DNA of 63,035 bases, the filler included, from Octopus bimaculoides (taxonomy: Eukaryota): NCBI RefSeq assembly GCF_001194135.2. It is 6 parts of 6 records of this genome, joined end to end, with 100 filler letters (N's around TTAATTAATTAA, not from the genome) between each part and the next. Parts side by side here need not be neighbours in the genome. Positions count along the whole stretch, not along the records: positions 11,918 to 28,533 come from NC_068996.1; 5 more parts are not named here. One strand, written 5' to 3'. How positions within the stretch are numbered: position 1 is the first letter of the stretch; each line of letters opens with the position of its first letter. Under the pieces are notes generated by a model. The model did not search any database and was not told where the DNA came from. It saw only the letters and a program-made list of their open reading frames with translations. Below, piece after piece: positions 14,425 through 26,847 of this stretch. Both the position numbers and the translations under genes were made by a program.

Positions 14425-14863
14425 TCGTAAAATATATTTGGCAACTAAATGTGACAGTCCTATAGAGGACGGTGTTACTGTTGCTTTTAGCCCCAGGAAG
14501 ACGATTCCGCACTGTTACTGTTTATCTCTCACTTAGAGACTTAATATAACTTATCTCTCTCTTTTCCGAGATTAGCGACAGTATGTCACTAGAGAAAGGA
14601 TATAGTATTTTGCGAGTGGAATGAGTTCTTCACCACTAGCCAGTGATTAACACACACTGAAGATGGGTAACTACCCAGAAACCTGGGTCTGTGTGTATCA
14701 TGTAAGACTAGAGATGGGAGCGATGACCTCCCTCACAAATACTAATCAGACACAGACTGTGTGTCATTGGCCGGCTGGAGGAGATGTCTTCCTGAGGCTA
14801 ACAACAACAGTAGCACTGTCCTCTTTTGGACAACCATGTTTAGTTGGCAAATATATTTTACGA
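14425..14863 (+). mobile_element. Element E1: ~78-bp imperfect inverted ends enclosing a hammerhead ribozyme
   Basis: Left arm 14425-14502 (tcgtaaaatatatttggcaactaaa...gttactgttgcttttagccccaggaagac) is the inverted copy of 14786-14863. Confidence 0.85.
14644..14700 (+). ncRNA. Type I hammerhead ribozyme with canonical core; predicted cleavage after GUC at 14689
   Basis: tgat-ta-ACACACA CTGAAGA TGGGT-aact-ACCCA GAAA CCTGGG TC TGTGTGT-atca: stems I, II and III, CUGANGA and GAAA all present, 2-nt bulge in extended stem I. Confidence 0.9.
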
Positions 14864-14987
14864 GTTTAGGAAACATAACCAATAAGCACCAGACATAATG
14901 AAAAAGTATTGGGATTGATTTATTCGACTAAAAGCTTTCAGGGTGGTGCTCCAGCATGGCCACTGTCCAACAATTGAACCAAATAAA

Positions 14988-15550
14988 AGGAGTGGCTGTG
15001 TGGTAAGTAGCTTACTTACCAACCACATTGTTCCGGGTTCAGTCCCGCTGCGTGGCACCTTGGGTAAGTGTCTTCTACTATAGCCTCAGGCCGACCAAAG
15101 CCTTGTGAGTGGATTTGGTAGACGGAAACTGACAGAAGCCCTTCGTATATACGTGTATGTATTTGTGTGTCTGTGTTTGTCCCCCTACCATCGCTTGACA
15201 ACTGATGCTGGCATGTTTACATCCCTGTAACTTAGTGGTTTGGCAAACGAGACCAGTAGAATAAGGCAGAGAATTGGCAGAAACGTTAGCACGCCGGGTG
15301 AAATGCTTAGCAGTATTTCATCTGTCTTTACATTCTGAGTTCAAATTCCACCAAGGTCAACTTTGCCTTTCATCCTTTCAGGGTCGATAAATTAAGTACC
15401 AAATTTCTGGGCCTTGTGCCTAGAGTAGAAAAAAAAGTAGAATAAGTACTAGGCTTACAAAGAATAAGTCCTGGTGGTCAATTTGTTCAACTAAAGGTGG
15501 TGCTCCAGCATGGTCGCAGTCAAAAGACTGAAACAAATAAAAGAATATAA
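14988..15550 (+). mobile_element. tRNA-derived SINE family A, full length, interrupted by a family C SINE
   Basis: A-box ggctgtgtggtaag, B-box ggttcagtccc; tail ...ctccagcatggtcgcagtcaaaagactgaaacaaataaaag. Confidence 0.9.
15266..15435 (+). mobile_element. tRNA-derived SINE family C nested in SINE A
   Basis: ggcagaaacgttagcacgccgggtgaaatgcttagc...gagttcaaattcc, A-tail, 11-bp TSD agtagaataag at 15255-15265 and 15436-15446. Confidence 0.9.
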
Positions 15551-15784
15551 GAGTAAAAGATTATAGTATTTTTGAAGGACTTGTAATCTCATAGATAATT
15601 TATTTTCAACTGATTATTCGCTCTACTCTTAATTACACTAAAAGTTCATTGTCTATAGGAAATATGATAAAGTAAATAAATAGAATTGGAAAGTATTTTG
15701 GTAATACAATATGGTTAGTGATTTCTTGGCTATAATCAGATACAGAGCAATTTGCTTTGCTTCAAAATGTCCTTTAGATCTTTA

Positions 15785-16135
15785 TTATCATCACCGTTTA
15801 ACATCCGCCTTCCATGCTAGCATGGGTTGGACGATTTGACTGAGAACTGACAAACCAGAAGGCTGCACCAGGCTCCAATCTGATCTGGCAGAGTTTCTAC
15901 AGCTGGATGCCCTTCCTAACACCAACCACTCCGAGAGTGTAGTGGGTGCTTTTTATGTACCATCAGCACAAGAGCCAGTCAGACAGTACTAGCATCGGTC
16001 ACGTTCGGATAGGGCTTTTTACATGTTACTGGCACAGGGGCCAGTCAGAGAGTACTGGCATTGGCCACGTCTGGATGGCACTTTTTATGTGTCACTGGCA
16101 TGGGGAGCCAATCAGGCAGGCCTGGCATTGTTCAC
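15785..16135 (-). mobile_element. RTE-associated SINE-like repeat (family B)
   Basis: catcaccgtttaacatccgccttccatgctagcatgggttggacg...ctggatgcccttcctaacaccaaccactccgagagtgtagtgggtgc. Confidence 0.8.
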
Positions 16136-16489
16136 TCAGTTTTTGTATATCTCTTTAACATTTTTGATACCAACCTAACTGTGGCTACCCTTTCTGGTTC
16201 TAAGCTTATTGTTTGTAATTGATCTAAATTAAAACCTTCTTCCATCAAAATTTCATGTTAATTTGTGTTCCAATCATCAGCTTAATTGCAACAAATTTAT
16301 TTCACTAAACTGTTTGTTATTTTAAAAATTAATTAAAACAAGGGAGGTGTATTTAGAAATATGGTAACAAAAATGAGTTAATAAACTTTATTCTTTCTTC
16401 CTTTTCTATCTGAGTCTTTCATAGTCAGTTTTGCAGTTACAATAATTTTGAGAAGATAAAATATACTCTAGGTATGCTGATACAAACAT

Positions 16490-17218
16490 TAACTGATGAT
16501 GATGATGACATTGATGGCGACGATGATGATGATGATGATGATGATGACGATGGTGATGACGATGATGACGATAGTGATGTTAATAATGGTGTTACTGATG
16601 GTGGTTGTGGTGGTTGTAGTGGTGGTGGTGGTGGTGATAATGCCACCACCAACACAAGTGGCACTGACAATGATGATGATGGCCATAAAAACATCAGCAG
16701 CAGTGATGTGATGAGGTAACGATGGTGATGATGATGTCGACTACAACGATGATGACATTGATGATGATGATGATTGTGATGGCGATGATGACGATGACGA
16801 CGACGACGGCAATGGTGACGATGATGATCTCGATGGCAAGGGAGGTAACAACAATGATGACAATGACAAACAAGAATAGGGATACTCACCCTGATGATGA
16901 TGACAATGATGATGGTTATGAGGATGATGATGACAAGAGTGNNNNNNNNNNGGTGGTGGTGGTGATAATGCCACCACCAACACAAGTGGCACTGACAATG
17001 ATGATGATGGCCATAAAAACATCAGCAGCAGTGATGTGATGAGGTAACGATGGTGATGATGATGTCGACTACAACGATGATGACATTGATGATGATGATG
17101 ATTGTGATGGCGATGATGACGATGACGACGACGACGGCAATGGTGACGATGATGATCTCGATGGCAAGGGAGGTAACAACAATGATGACAATGACAAACA
17201 AGAATAGGGATACTCACC
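16490..17218. repeat. Degenerate (GAT)n/(GGT)n low-complexity tract with an exact ~267-bp duplication across a 10-N gap
   Basis: 16624-16890 is identical to 16952-17218. Confidence 0.9.
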
Positions 17219-18214
17219 NNNNNNNNNNNNNNNNNNNNNNNNNNNNNNNNNNNNNNNNNNNNNNNNNNNNNNNNNNNNNNNNNNNNNNNNNNNNNNNNNN
17301 NNNNNNNNNNNNNNNNNNNNNNNNNNNNNNNNNNNNNNNNNNNNNNNNNNNNNNNNNNNNNNNNNNNNNNNNNNNNNNNNNNNNNNNNNNNNNNNNNNNN
17401 NNNNNNNNNNNNNNNNNNNNNNNNNNNNNNNNNNNNNNNNNNNNNNNNNNNNNNNNNNNNNNNNNNNNNNNNNNNNNNNNNNNNNNNNNNNNNNNNNNNN
17501 NNNNNNNNNNNNNNNNNNNNNNNNNNNNNNNNNNNNNNNNNNNNNNNNNNNNNNNNNNNNNNNNNNNNNNNNNNNNNNNNNNNNNNNNNNNNNNNNNNNN
17601 NNNNNNNNNNNNNNNNNNNNNNNNNNNNNNNNNNNNNNNNNNNNNNNNNNNNNNNNNNNNNNNNNNNNNNNNNNNNNNNNNNNNNNNNNNNNNNNNNNNN
17701 NNNNNNNNNNNNNNNNNNNNNNNNNNNNNNNNNNNNNNNNNNNNNNNNNNNNNNNNNNNNNNNNNNNNNNNNNNNNNNNNNNNNNNNNNNNNNNNNNNNN
17801 NNNNNNNNNNNNNNNNNNNNNNNNNNNNNNNNNNNNNNNNNNNNNNNNNNNNNNNNNNNNNNNNNNNNNNNNNNNNNNNNNNNNNNNNNNNNGGAATGAG
17901 AAGAGGAGGGAAAAGATACGCATAACATCGTCCATAAATCTTAAAAGATTCTAATGGTCCAATGTTTAATTTCAGAGGAAAAGGGATACCATTACCTAAC
18001 TTTCTCACACTGTCAGTTATCTAAATACCCCTAGGTAAACTGTGACCTGTAGAATGAAGTTGTCTTGCCTTGAGATGCAATGAAACCTTTGGCACATTGT
18101 CTAACACCTTATCCACCCAATACATGAAGGAAGTGCTATCCAATGATGATGATGATGATGATAAGGTCGATAGAAGAAGTGATAATATGATAGATATAGA
18201 CTGGAGATGAGCAG

Positions 18215-18810
18215 TGGATATTGTTTTCAAATTTTGGCACAAGGCCAGCAAAATTATAGGTAAATCAATTACATTGACCCCAGTGTTTTACTGATCCTTA
18301 TTAGTTTATCAACCTTGAAAGGATGAAAGGCAAGATCAGTCTTCGCAGAATTTGAACTCAGATTGTAAAGATGGACCAAATGTTGCATAGAATTTTGTCC
18401 AGCAGGCGTAGGAGTGGCTGTGTGGTAAGTAGCTTGCTTACCAACCACATGGTCCCGGGTTCAGTCCCACTGCATGGCACCTTGGGCAAGTGTCTTCTAC
18501 TATAGCCTTGGGCTGACCAAAGTCTTATNNNNNNNNNNGTGTGTGTGTTTGTGTGTCTGTGTTTGTCCCCCCACCATCGCTTGATAATCGATGCTGGTGT
18601 GTTTACGTCCCTGTAACTTAGCAGTTCGGCAAAAGAGACCGATAGAATAAGTACTAGGCTTCCAAAGAATAAGTCCTGGGGTTGATTTGCTCGACTAAAG
18701 GCGGTGCTCCAGCATGGCCACAGTCAAAAGACTGAAACGAGTAAAAGAGTAAAGAGTAAAGAGTAAAGAGTAAAGAGGGAGCATGCTATTGATTCTGCCA
18801 GCTTGCCATC
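18215..18810 (-). mobile_element. SINE family C, split by an inserted family A SINE
   Basis: 18215-18400 and 18781-18810 (gattctgccagcttgcc) join to one reverse-oriented copy. Confidence 0.75.
18405..18780 (+). mobile_element. SINE family A with (GAGTAAA)n tail
   Basis: ggcgtaggagtggctgtgtggtaagtagcttgcttaccaaccacatggtcccgggttcagtccc ... gactgaaacgagtaaaagagtaaagagtaaa. Confidence 0.9.
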
Positions 18811-20989
18811 TTACGGGCAGAAGATTTTGGCAAAATAGTCAACAGTTCGACTGAATGCCATTCACACACTTATATAAAATATATATATCGTCTGAGTTCA
18901 AATCCTGCTACGTGTTAAACCTTGCATTTCATACTCATGGGGTTGATAACATGAGCACCAGTAATATACATTGATTGATTTTGTCAGTTATGCCACAGCT
19001 TAATTCAAATTATTTGGTCTTGTGCCAACACAAAAGAAATCAATAATCGAGAGTAAAGATAAAAGTCAGGGGGGAAGGATACATCCTGGCAAACATACAA
19101 GATTAAGGGAATTCTAACACTTGTTGAAAATATTTTCATCAAGAACAACGTTGTCGATGTACCATTACCACCACCACTGCCACTGTCATCGTCATCATTA
19201 TTGCCGCCATCGTCATTATTGCTGTCGTCGTCGTCGTCGTCGTCATCGTCATCGTCATCATTATCATTTTAACATCTGTTCTTTAATGTTTTCACTACAA
19301 TAAACAGGTTGGCATTTGGCCCCATGCCATATACATGAGGTATAGGTGATGAGAAGTTCCACAGCAACCACAGGTAGGTACCATTTTATGGTAATCAGAG
19401 CATTTGTAATCATATTAATTGGATACAGTCTCTGATAATGACCTAATTCAATATAGTTCTTACATATCAATAAACATCAGATATTAACTAATACACCTTA
19501 TTTCTGCATTATTTTGTCTTTCGATTCATTTATTGTAATTTTGTACTTTAAGCCAAAGGAATATGAAACAAGGAAACAGAGAGGATTTTTTTTTTAGAGA
19601 TTACTTTTGTGAAAATACTCACTAATAAAAATCATTTGTGTTTTTCCTTTGACCAAACGCATATGCATACAAACACACATACATACATGTGTGTGTGTGG
19701 ATCAGTTTACATTACACATACCCATACATAGGTGTGAGTGCATGTATGTGCATGTGTGTGTGTGCATGTATGTATGTATGTATGTATGTATGTGTGTGTA
19801 TGTATGTGTATGTATGTGTGTGTGAGTGCATGTATGTGTGTATGTATATATGTGTGTATGTGTATGTGAGTGTATGTATGTGTGTGTGCATATATATGTA
19901 TGGTTGTGCAAGTGTGTGCATGTTGCATGTTTCTGTGAGTTTGTGAGTGTGTGAGTGCATGCATGTAAGTACATGTGTATCTGTGTATGTGTGGGAGTAT
20001 GTGTGTGTGTGTCTTTGAGTGTGTGAGTACAAGTGTGTAAGTGCATTGTGTGTGTGTGTGTGCATGCTCTTATCTGTATGGCCAAATGGTTAAGAAGTTT
20101 GCTTCACAATAATGAATGAAGTCTCAGAGCAAATCCCACTGAAGTGCAGCCTGGGTAAATGTCTTTTGCAACAGCCTCAGGTTCTGCCAAGACCTGTGAG
20201 GAAAACGAAGGAGGCAGAAACTGTGTGAAAGCACTTAAGGTAGCTTCTACCCGTAGTTCAAATATCCACCCTTATCACATACTGAATCATGCAGATTCTG
20301 CTTGAAAGTTACATTAACAGTATGAGTGTCTAAGGAATACTCAACCATCTTCATCATCATCATCATCATTATCATTTAACATCTGTCTAACATGCTGGCC
20401 CTGGTTTGAGCTGGTCAGCTAGGAAGCTGTCCAGACTCCAACTGTCTGTTTTGGCATGTTTTTTTTTTTTATGGCTGGATGCCCTTCCTAACACTAATCA
20501 TCTTAGAGTTAGCTGGATGCTTTCTCCATACCACAACCAGGGATGCATTTAAGCAGCACCAGCATGAGGGCATTTTATGTGGTGCCTGCACTTGTAAAGA
20601 ACAAACCTGCATGTATGGATGACAGAGATTTTATTTAGCTTGACTCCTCTTCTCCATGTACATGCTACTCCAATGAGCGGGTAATCCCATTGATAAAACA
20701 ACAGAATATTCATCACTGAAACTGATAGTGCTTTGTTTACATTCATGTGTCATTGTATCAACCAACCAGACTATTTGATGTTGTTATACACCGCTGGTCA
20801 CAATGCGCTTCCTCGCATTGTTTTACCACTCAAATGATGCTACCCAGCTGGCTAGGTGGGCAGGTCCATGTTCCTCATTGACAAAGGAAAGCCAATCTTT
20901 TGAAGGGTAACCCATTTACAGCTGATCAAGTAAAAACAAAAGATAAAGCTAGTTCCACTTCCCCAGTCCATTCAAATGAAGCACGTTTT

Positions 20990-21230
20990 TTTTTCACTCT
21001 AAAGAATACTAACTTATCTCAACAAGATGTAGATATTTCATTAGCAACTAGAATAACTGTTATCAAATTTAATAAGATTTGGACCCATAAGAACAGGGAA
21101 AATAACTTTGATATAACCATGGGGTCATGTGACTCTGAATCTTCTGGGTATATACATATCACATTAAAGAAGAATTTCAGAACATGGTAAGCATTGGTGA
21201 GATGCATTATTCACTGTAAGGTAATGGAGT
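20990..21230 (+). mobile_element. Penelope-like element reverse transcriptase remnant
   Basis: ORF 20900-21190 contains WTHKNRENNFDITMGSCDSE, resembling the W.KK...FDVTMGSYDGAE motif recalled from a PLE RT clade. Confidence 0.55.
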
Positions 21231-21299
21231 AAAGTTAGCTATGGGAGGAATAAAAAAAAAGATTTATAAGATTTTTTTTTTTCAAAAAAATAGATTTGT

Positions 21300-23570
21300 C
21301 TACTACTTTGATAATAATTGCAAAATAGTTATTTCATTGATATTACTCTAGAACTTTATACCAGTCTCTTTAGACTGTATCATAAAATATGTGAGTCACC
21401 TTTCTAATCACCTCAGAGCTGTCGTGAAGTATATGATTAATGAGATCTTTTCCTGTATCTTTATGCTTTCAGCTAATGGAGTTATTTTCAAACAAAACTG
21501 ATCCTCTTTATAATTTTGAGGTTTGTTATTATCCTTTCAAATTTTGGGCTCTTTTTTTTTTCTTTTTCTTGGGGGTGTACTTAATTGTTATTAACTCTTT
21601 AGAGTAGGTCTACAAATGACATCAGTTTTTGATTGGCTTGTAAGAAACCTGATATTTTACTACCTTGAAACTCCCTGTTCATAATCCTGGTTTTTGACTC
21701 TGTAGAAAAGAATGTTCTCAATACATTCTCTGACCAAAGCCAGGCTTGATTAACTTTGAAAAACTTGACCGACAGATGTTTTGAAGCTTGTTACAGACAC
21801 ACTGAACTTGTTCTTCATGTATCAGGAAGTCTCTTTTACTGTCAGTAACTTAGGGCCCAAAGTACTTGAAGTTACTGATCTGCTTTGAGATGTGGATTAC
21901 TGTTTCAAAAAAACTGGTATGTGACTTTCAGCCTGATTAATGGTCATATACATAGTCAATTTTCTTTGCTTTGAGGAACTGACTGACTTTGGCTACAGTG
22001 CTCCCTAAGGATGTTAGTAAGTCTTCCATATCCCACAGCTGACGATATGTATGGATAAGATCATTGCTAAAGTTAAGGTTAAATATAGGTTCTGCTGGTG
22101 GAGGCACGTGGCCTAGTGGTTAGGGTGTCAGTACCATGAACGTAAGATAGTGGTTTCGATTCCTGGACCGGGCGACGCATTGTGTTCTTGAGCAAAGCAA
22201 TTCATTTCACGTTGCTGCAGTCCACTCAGCTGGCAAAAATGAGTAACACTGTAATGGACTGGCGTCCCATCCAGCAGGGGAACACATATGCCATTGAAAC
22301 TGGGAAACCAGGCCCATGAGCACATTTACTTTTTTTATTTTAGGTTCTGCTGACTTCTTTGATAACTTCTGCTTGATTGTGAAATGTCATGGACGATATC
22401 AAAACTTTGCTTAAGAATGTAGTCCAATGCTCTTACTAGAAACTATTTTGCTGGGCTGTCTGTTTTGCACAAAGTTTGATGCTTTTGGGGAGGTTTTTTT
22501 TTTTTGCATATGATGGTGATAGCTTTGACATTTTCAACTGGCCTACCATAGTGCAACAATATATGTAACATGGTATTTTCTATTGACACTATGCCTTGGA
22601 GAAATTCACAGATACAATTGATGCTTTTCACTTGAAGATTCCGATGTTTTCTATGATTCTTCTAAGAGTAATGATTTATAGACATGTTGATCTACCTTTG
22701 TGGAAGCCAGTTTGGTTCCATCATAGGATGCAACTAATATGACGGTAAATTCTATAAAGGAGCATAGAATTGTAGATTTTTTAAGGCAAGAGATGAGAGT
22801 GTAATTCCCCAGTAATTCTGAAATAGATGATGACCATTTTTTTCTTTCTTTTGAGAAGGGTTTTGGTTTGTGTTCTTTATAGGTTTTGTTACAGAAGTTC
22901 AACTGATGTTTTTGGAAGAGTGGACTCTTTCAGATGTTATCTAGGATGTTATATAGACCAGCTGTTTTGTTTTCTTGATCATTTTAGGCATATTTTAAAA
23001 GTATTTCTATGGTAAATGGGCCAATCTGGATTGGCAGGCTATCTTCTATTTTGTGGTGGAAGAAAGAATTGTTGTCAAATTTGATGTTGCATAGCTCTCT
23101 TTTACTTAAAAGGAATCTGAAGTATTGAAACTAGACATCAAAACACTGACTAGTGATTTCCCTCACAGAGCATATAACTGGAGAAGCTCCAATTTGTATA
23201 TTCAGTCAATTTCTACCCATTTACTGCCCATACTGCAGCAGGTTTGTTTTCATTGTTTTCATTTTATTCTATTTTGGACTTTGTATGTGCTTTTACAGCC
23301 ACCTTGCACTTATCATCAAGTGTAACTCCAGCTAAATTAAGGTTCCCTTCATTATTCTTTGTGGACTTAAATTGATGTTTCAGGGCTGATTTCATCATGT
23401 CCTCTCAATCACTTGTTATATTCTTCTTTGAAGCAAATATTAATGTCTTCTTTCTTTTCTTAGGGACAAGCTCTGGTGTTATTAAATCTCTTTTGGCAGT
23501 GGATATGGAGTTGTATACAACCTTGTTACTCTTGTTTTCAGGCCTCTCACAATGAGTGATGGACCAGTTG
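21300..23570 (-). mobile_element. Decayed RTE/RTEX-like LINE ORF (RT domain and flanks)
   Basis: Frameshifted minus-strand pieces IIEKHRNLQVKSINCICEFLQG..TMLHILLHYGRPVENVKAITII, ALDYILKQ, DLNFSNDL (cf. DLDFADDI), NFKYFGP, VCNKLQK align in order with RTE-type RT. Confidence 0.7.
22098..22340 (+). mobile_element. tRNA-derived SINE (family D, CORE-like body) inserted in the LINE remnant
   Basis: gtggaggcacgtggcctagtggttagggtg..ggtttcgattcc; 12-bp TSD taggttctgctg at 22086-22097 and 22341-22352. Confidence 0.9.
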
Positions 23571-23754
23571 TGTACTAAAATTATAAGCTCCTTGCATTGT
23601 TTAGCACTGCTTGTTACTTTTCCCGGTTCATTTATTACATTCAAGCTAGAAAAACATGGTTTAAAGGCGTCAAAATTCACATGCATACAACTCTCTTTGA
23701 ATGGGTTAAATCTAACCTCAGAATTGTTTCAGACAATGCCAGATATTTGTTTAT

Positions 23755-23984
23755 GAAAGACCAGCAATCATCCATGCATATCAACCTCCCCTTTCCACAC
23801 CACTAATATTATCCAAGGGAAAGGTAAAGGCTGATACAACTTGGCACCTGTGACATTGCAACTCATTTCTACAGTTGAGTGAACTGGAATAACATAAAAT
23901 AAAGCGTCTTGCTCAAGAACACAACACACAGCCTGTTTTGAGGATTGAACTCACAACCTCATAATTGTGAGCCTGATGCTCTAA

Positions 23985-23990
<6 letters not shown>
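23755..23990 (-). mobile_element. tRNA-derived SINE (family E)
   Basis: Homologous to 32229-32561 and 52786-53117 (ttatccaagggaaaggtaaaggctgatacaac...gtcttgctcaagaacacaac...gaactcacaacctc). Confidence 0.8.
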
Positions 23991-24026
<36 letters not shown>

Positions 24027-24029
24027 CAT

Positions 24030-24230
24030 GCCAAAACTAACCTTACCTGTGCTAGTGCCACATAAAAAGCACTGAGTCCACTCTGCAGAGTGGTTGGTGT
24101 TAGGAAGGGCATACAGCCATAAAAATCCTGCCAAAACAGACACAGTAGCTTGGGATAGTTTTCTATCTGGTTGGCTCCTACCAATCGTCCTACCCATGCC
24201 TACACGGAAGGTATATGTTAAATGATGATG
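24030..24230 (+). mobile_element. SINE-like repeat family B
   Basis: gtgccacataaaaagcac...gagtggttggtgttaggaagggcatacagcc...gttaaatgatgatg. Confidence 0.75.
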
Positions 24231-24966
24231 AGGATGAGGATGATATTATATATATATATATATATATATATANNNNNNNNNNNNNNNNNNNNNNNNNNNN
24301 NNNNNNNNNNNNNNNNNNNNNNNNNNNNNNNNNNNNNNNNNNNNNNNNNNNNNNNNNNNNNNNNNNNNNNNNNNNNNNNNNNNNNNNNNNNNNNNNNNNN
24401 NNNNNNNNNNNNNNNNNNNNNNNNNNNNNNNNNNNNNNNNNNNNNNNNNNNNNNNNNNNNNNNNNNNNNNNNNNNNNNNNNNNNNNNNNNNNNNNNNNNN
24501 NNNNNNNNNNNNNNNNNNNNNNNNNNNNNNNNNNNNNNNNNNNNNNNNNNNNNNNNNNNNNNNNNNNNNNNNNNNNNNNNNNNNNNNNNNNNNNNNNNNN
24601 NNNNNNNNNNNNNNNNNNNNNNNNNNNNNNNNNNNNNNNNNNNNNNNNNNNNNNNNNNNNNNNNNNNNNNNNNNNNNNNNNNNNNNNNNNNNNNNNNNNN
24701 NNNNNNNNNNNNNNNNNNNNNNNNNNNNNNNNNNNNNNNNNNNNNNNNNNNNNNNNNNNNNNNNNNNNNNNNNNNNNNNNNNNNNNNNNNNNNNNNNNNN
24801 NNNNNNNNNNNNNNNNNNNNNNNNNNNNNNNNNNNNNNNNNNNNNNNNNNNNNNNNNNNNNNNNNNNNNNNNNNNNNNNNNNNNNNNNNNNNNNNNNNNN
24901 NNNNNNNNNNNNNNNNNNNNNNNNNNNNNNNNNNNNNNNNNNNNNNNNNNNNNNNNNNNNNNNNNN

Positions 24967-25017
<51 letters not shown>

Positions 25018-25049
25018 ATATGTATGTATGTATGCATGTGTCTGTTGAG

Positions 25050-25410
25050 TCAAGTGAAATCGTAGTTATGGCTGATGCCAGTGCCACCTCACTGGCACAC
25101 ATGCTGGTGGCACATAATAAGCACCATTCAAGCATGGGTTGATGCCAGTGTCAACTGACTGGCTCCTCATGCTGGTGTCACATAAATAGCACCATCTGAA
25201 CATGGTTGATGCCAGGGCCCACCAACTGGTTCCTGTACTGGTAGCACGTAAAAACCACCCATTGCACTCTCAGAGTGGTTGGCATTAGGAAGGGCATCCA
25301 GCTGTAGAAACTCTGCCAAATCAGATTGGATCCTGATGCAGCCACTGACTCTCCAGTCCTCAGTCAAACCATCCAACCCATGCCAGCATGGAAAACGGAC
25401 GTTAAACGAT
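25050..25410 (+). mobile_element. SINE-like repeat family B with internal sub-repeats
   Basis: ...cagagtggttggcattaggaagggcatccagctgtagaaactctgccaaatcagattgg...catgccagcatggaaaacggacgttaaacgatgatg. Confidence 0.8.
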
Positions 25411-25424
25411 GATGATGATGGTGG

Positions 25425-25489
<65 letters not shown>

Positions 25490-25714
25490 GATGTATTTAT
25501 ATGCAATACATATATATATCATCATATATATATGTGTGTGTGTGTGTGTGTATATATATATNNNNNNNNNNNNNNNNNNNNNNNNNNNNNNNNNNNNNNN
25601 NNNNNNNNNNNNNNNNNNNNNNNNNNNNNNNNNNNNNNNNNNNNNNNNNNNNNNNNNNNNNNNNNNNNNNNNNNNNNNNNNNNNNNNNNNNNNNGTATGT
25701 ATATATACACCCAC

Positions 25715-25860
25715 ATGACAGGCTATCACACTGTTTCTGTCTACCAAATCCATTCACAAGGTTTTGGTCAGCCCAGGGCTACAGTAAAAGACTCTTCTCC
25801 TAAGTTTCAGAAGGTGGGACTGAACCTAAAACCCTCTGTCTGGAAAACAGCCATACCAGC
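25715..25860 (-). mobile_element. SINE family A 5' half
   Basis: gtttctgtctaccaaatccattcacaaggttttggtcagcccagggctacagtaaaagac...gggactgaacc. Confidence 0.7.
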
Positions 25861-25999
25861 ACCTACATGTAGATACCCTGTATATAAATGTATGTGCGTG
25901 TGTGTACGTGTGTTCAATTATATTTTTCAAACTGTTAACTTCATGTTTAGAAATTAATTTTTTATTTTCTGCTTTTTTAATATTTACATCTACCCTAAA

Positions 26000-26205
26000 G
26001 CAGTGAGCTGGCAGATTCGTTAGCACACCCAACAAAATACTTAGTGGCATTTCATCTGTCTCTATGTCCTGAGTTCAAATGCCTTCAGGGTTGACTTTAC
26101 CTTTCATCTTTCCAGGATCAATGAAATAAGTCCCAGTTGACCAATATAATCAACTTACCTGCCTCTCCTGAAACTGCTGGCTTTATGCCACAATTTGAAA
26201 CTAAC
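26000..26205 (+). mobile_element. SINE family C
   Basis: gcagtgagctggcagattcgttagcacacc...gagttcaaatgcc...gctggctttatgccacaatttgaaac. Confidence 0.8.
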
Positions 26206-26374
26206 GTTTACTTCTAACCTATGTTTATACATCAATCCTTATTAGATGTCTTATGCAGAGAGAGAGAGAGACAGAGACAGACAGACAGAGTTCAGATAAG
26301 GAAGCTTTATTTCTAAACCAATGATCAAAATATGTTTATCCACTATGCTGACCCATATCAAATGAATTCTTTAT

Positions 26375-26560
26375 AGTTTGGAGCAAGAAGCATTCTCACT
26401 CCAACATTTCTGTGGCACAGAAATTCCCCTTGATAACAGATATACTGCCCTCCACAACCTTCCTAATCCAGCATGTGACCTTGTTGAAAACAGAGACCTT
26501 GGGCACATGATGGTCTGTGGATTGCCCTATGTAGTATCTTTATATACTTTGAAAGACTGA
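26375..26560 (+). mobile_element. Decayed L1/Tx1-like 3' (zf-RVT) fragment
   Basis: TFLWHRNSP then ALHNLPNPACDLVENRDLGHMMVC, resembling FLW..LH..LP...C..C...E...H...C. Confidence 0.3.
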
Positions 26561-26847
26561 TAACTTTTAGAAGATTTTGGGCTGATAAATGGATAATAAT
26601 CAATGACATTTAATTGTTTGAATCTGCTGTTGTTTTTCCTTTTGGCTTTGTTAAATATCAATAAGTGATGCAGCGTTATTTTAAGACCTCATTGGATTTA
26701 AATTATTATTTAACATTAATTTAGTCTCACTGGTGATGAATACTGCTGAGTGTAAAAGTCAGCTGCATGAAATAATCATGTTTTGCTACATACATTATTT
26801 AACAGTCTCTACACATTTCTAACATAGAATTCCAAATTGCTAATATA

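Noticed and set aside
16624-17218. Exact 267-bp duplication
   Set aside because: 100% identity across a 10-N gap indicates unmerged overlapping contig ends; a true 328-bp satellite cannot be fully excluded.
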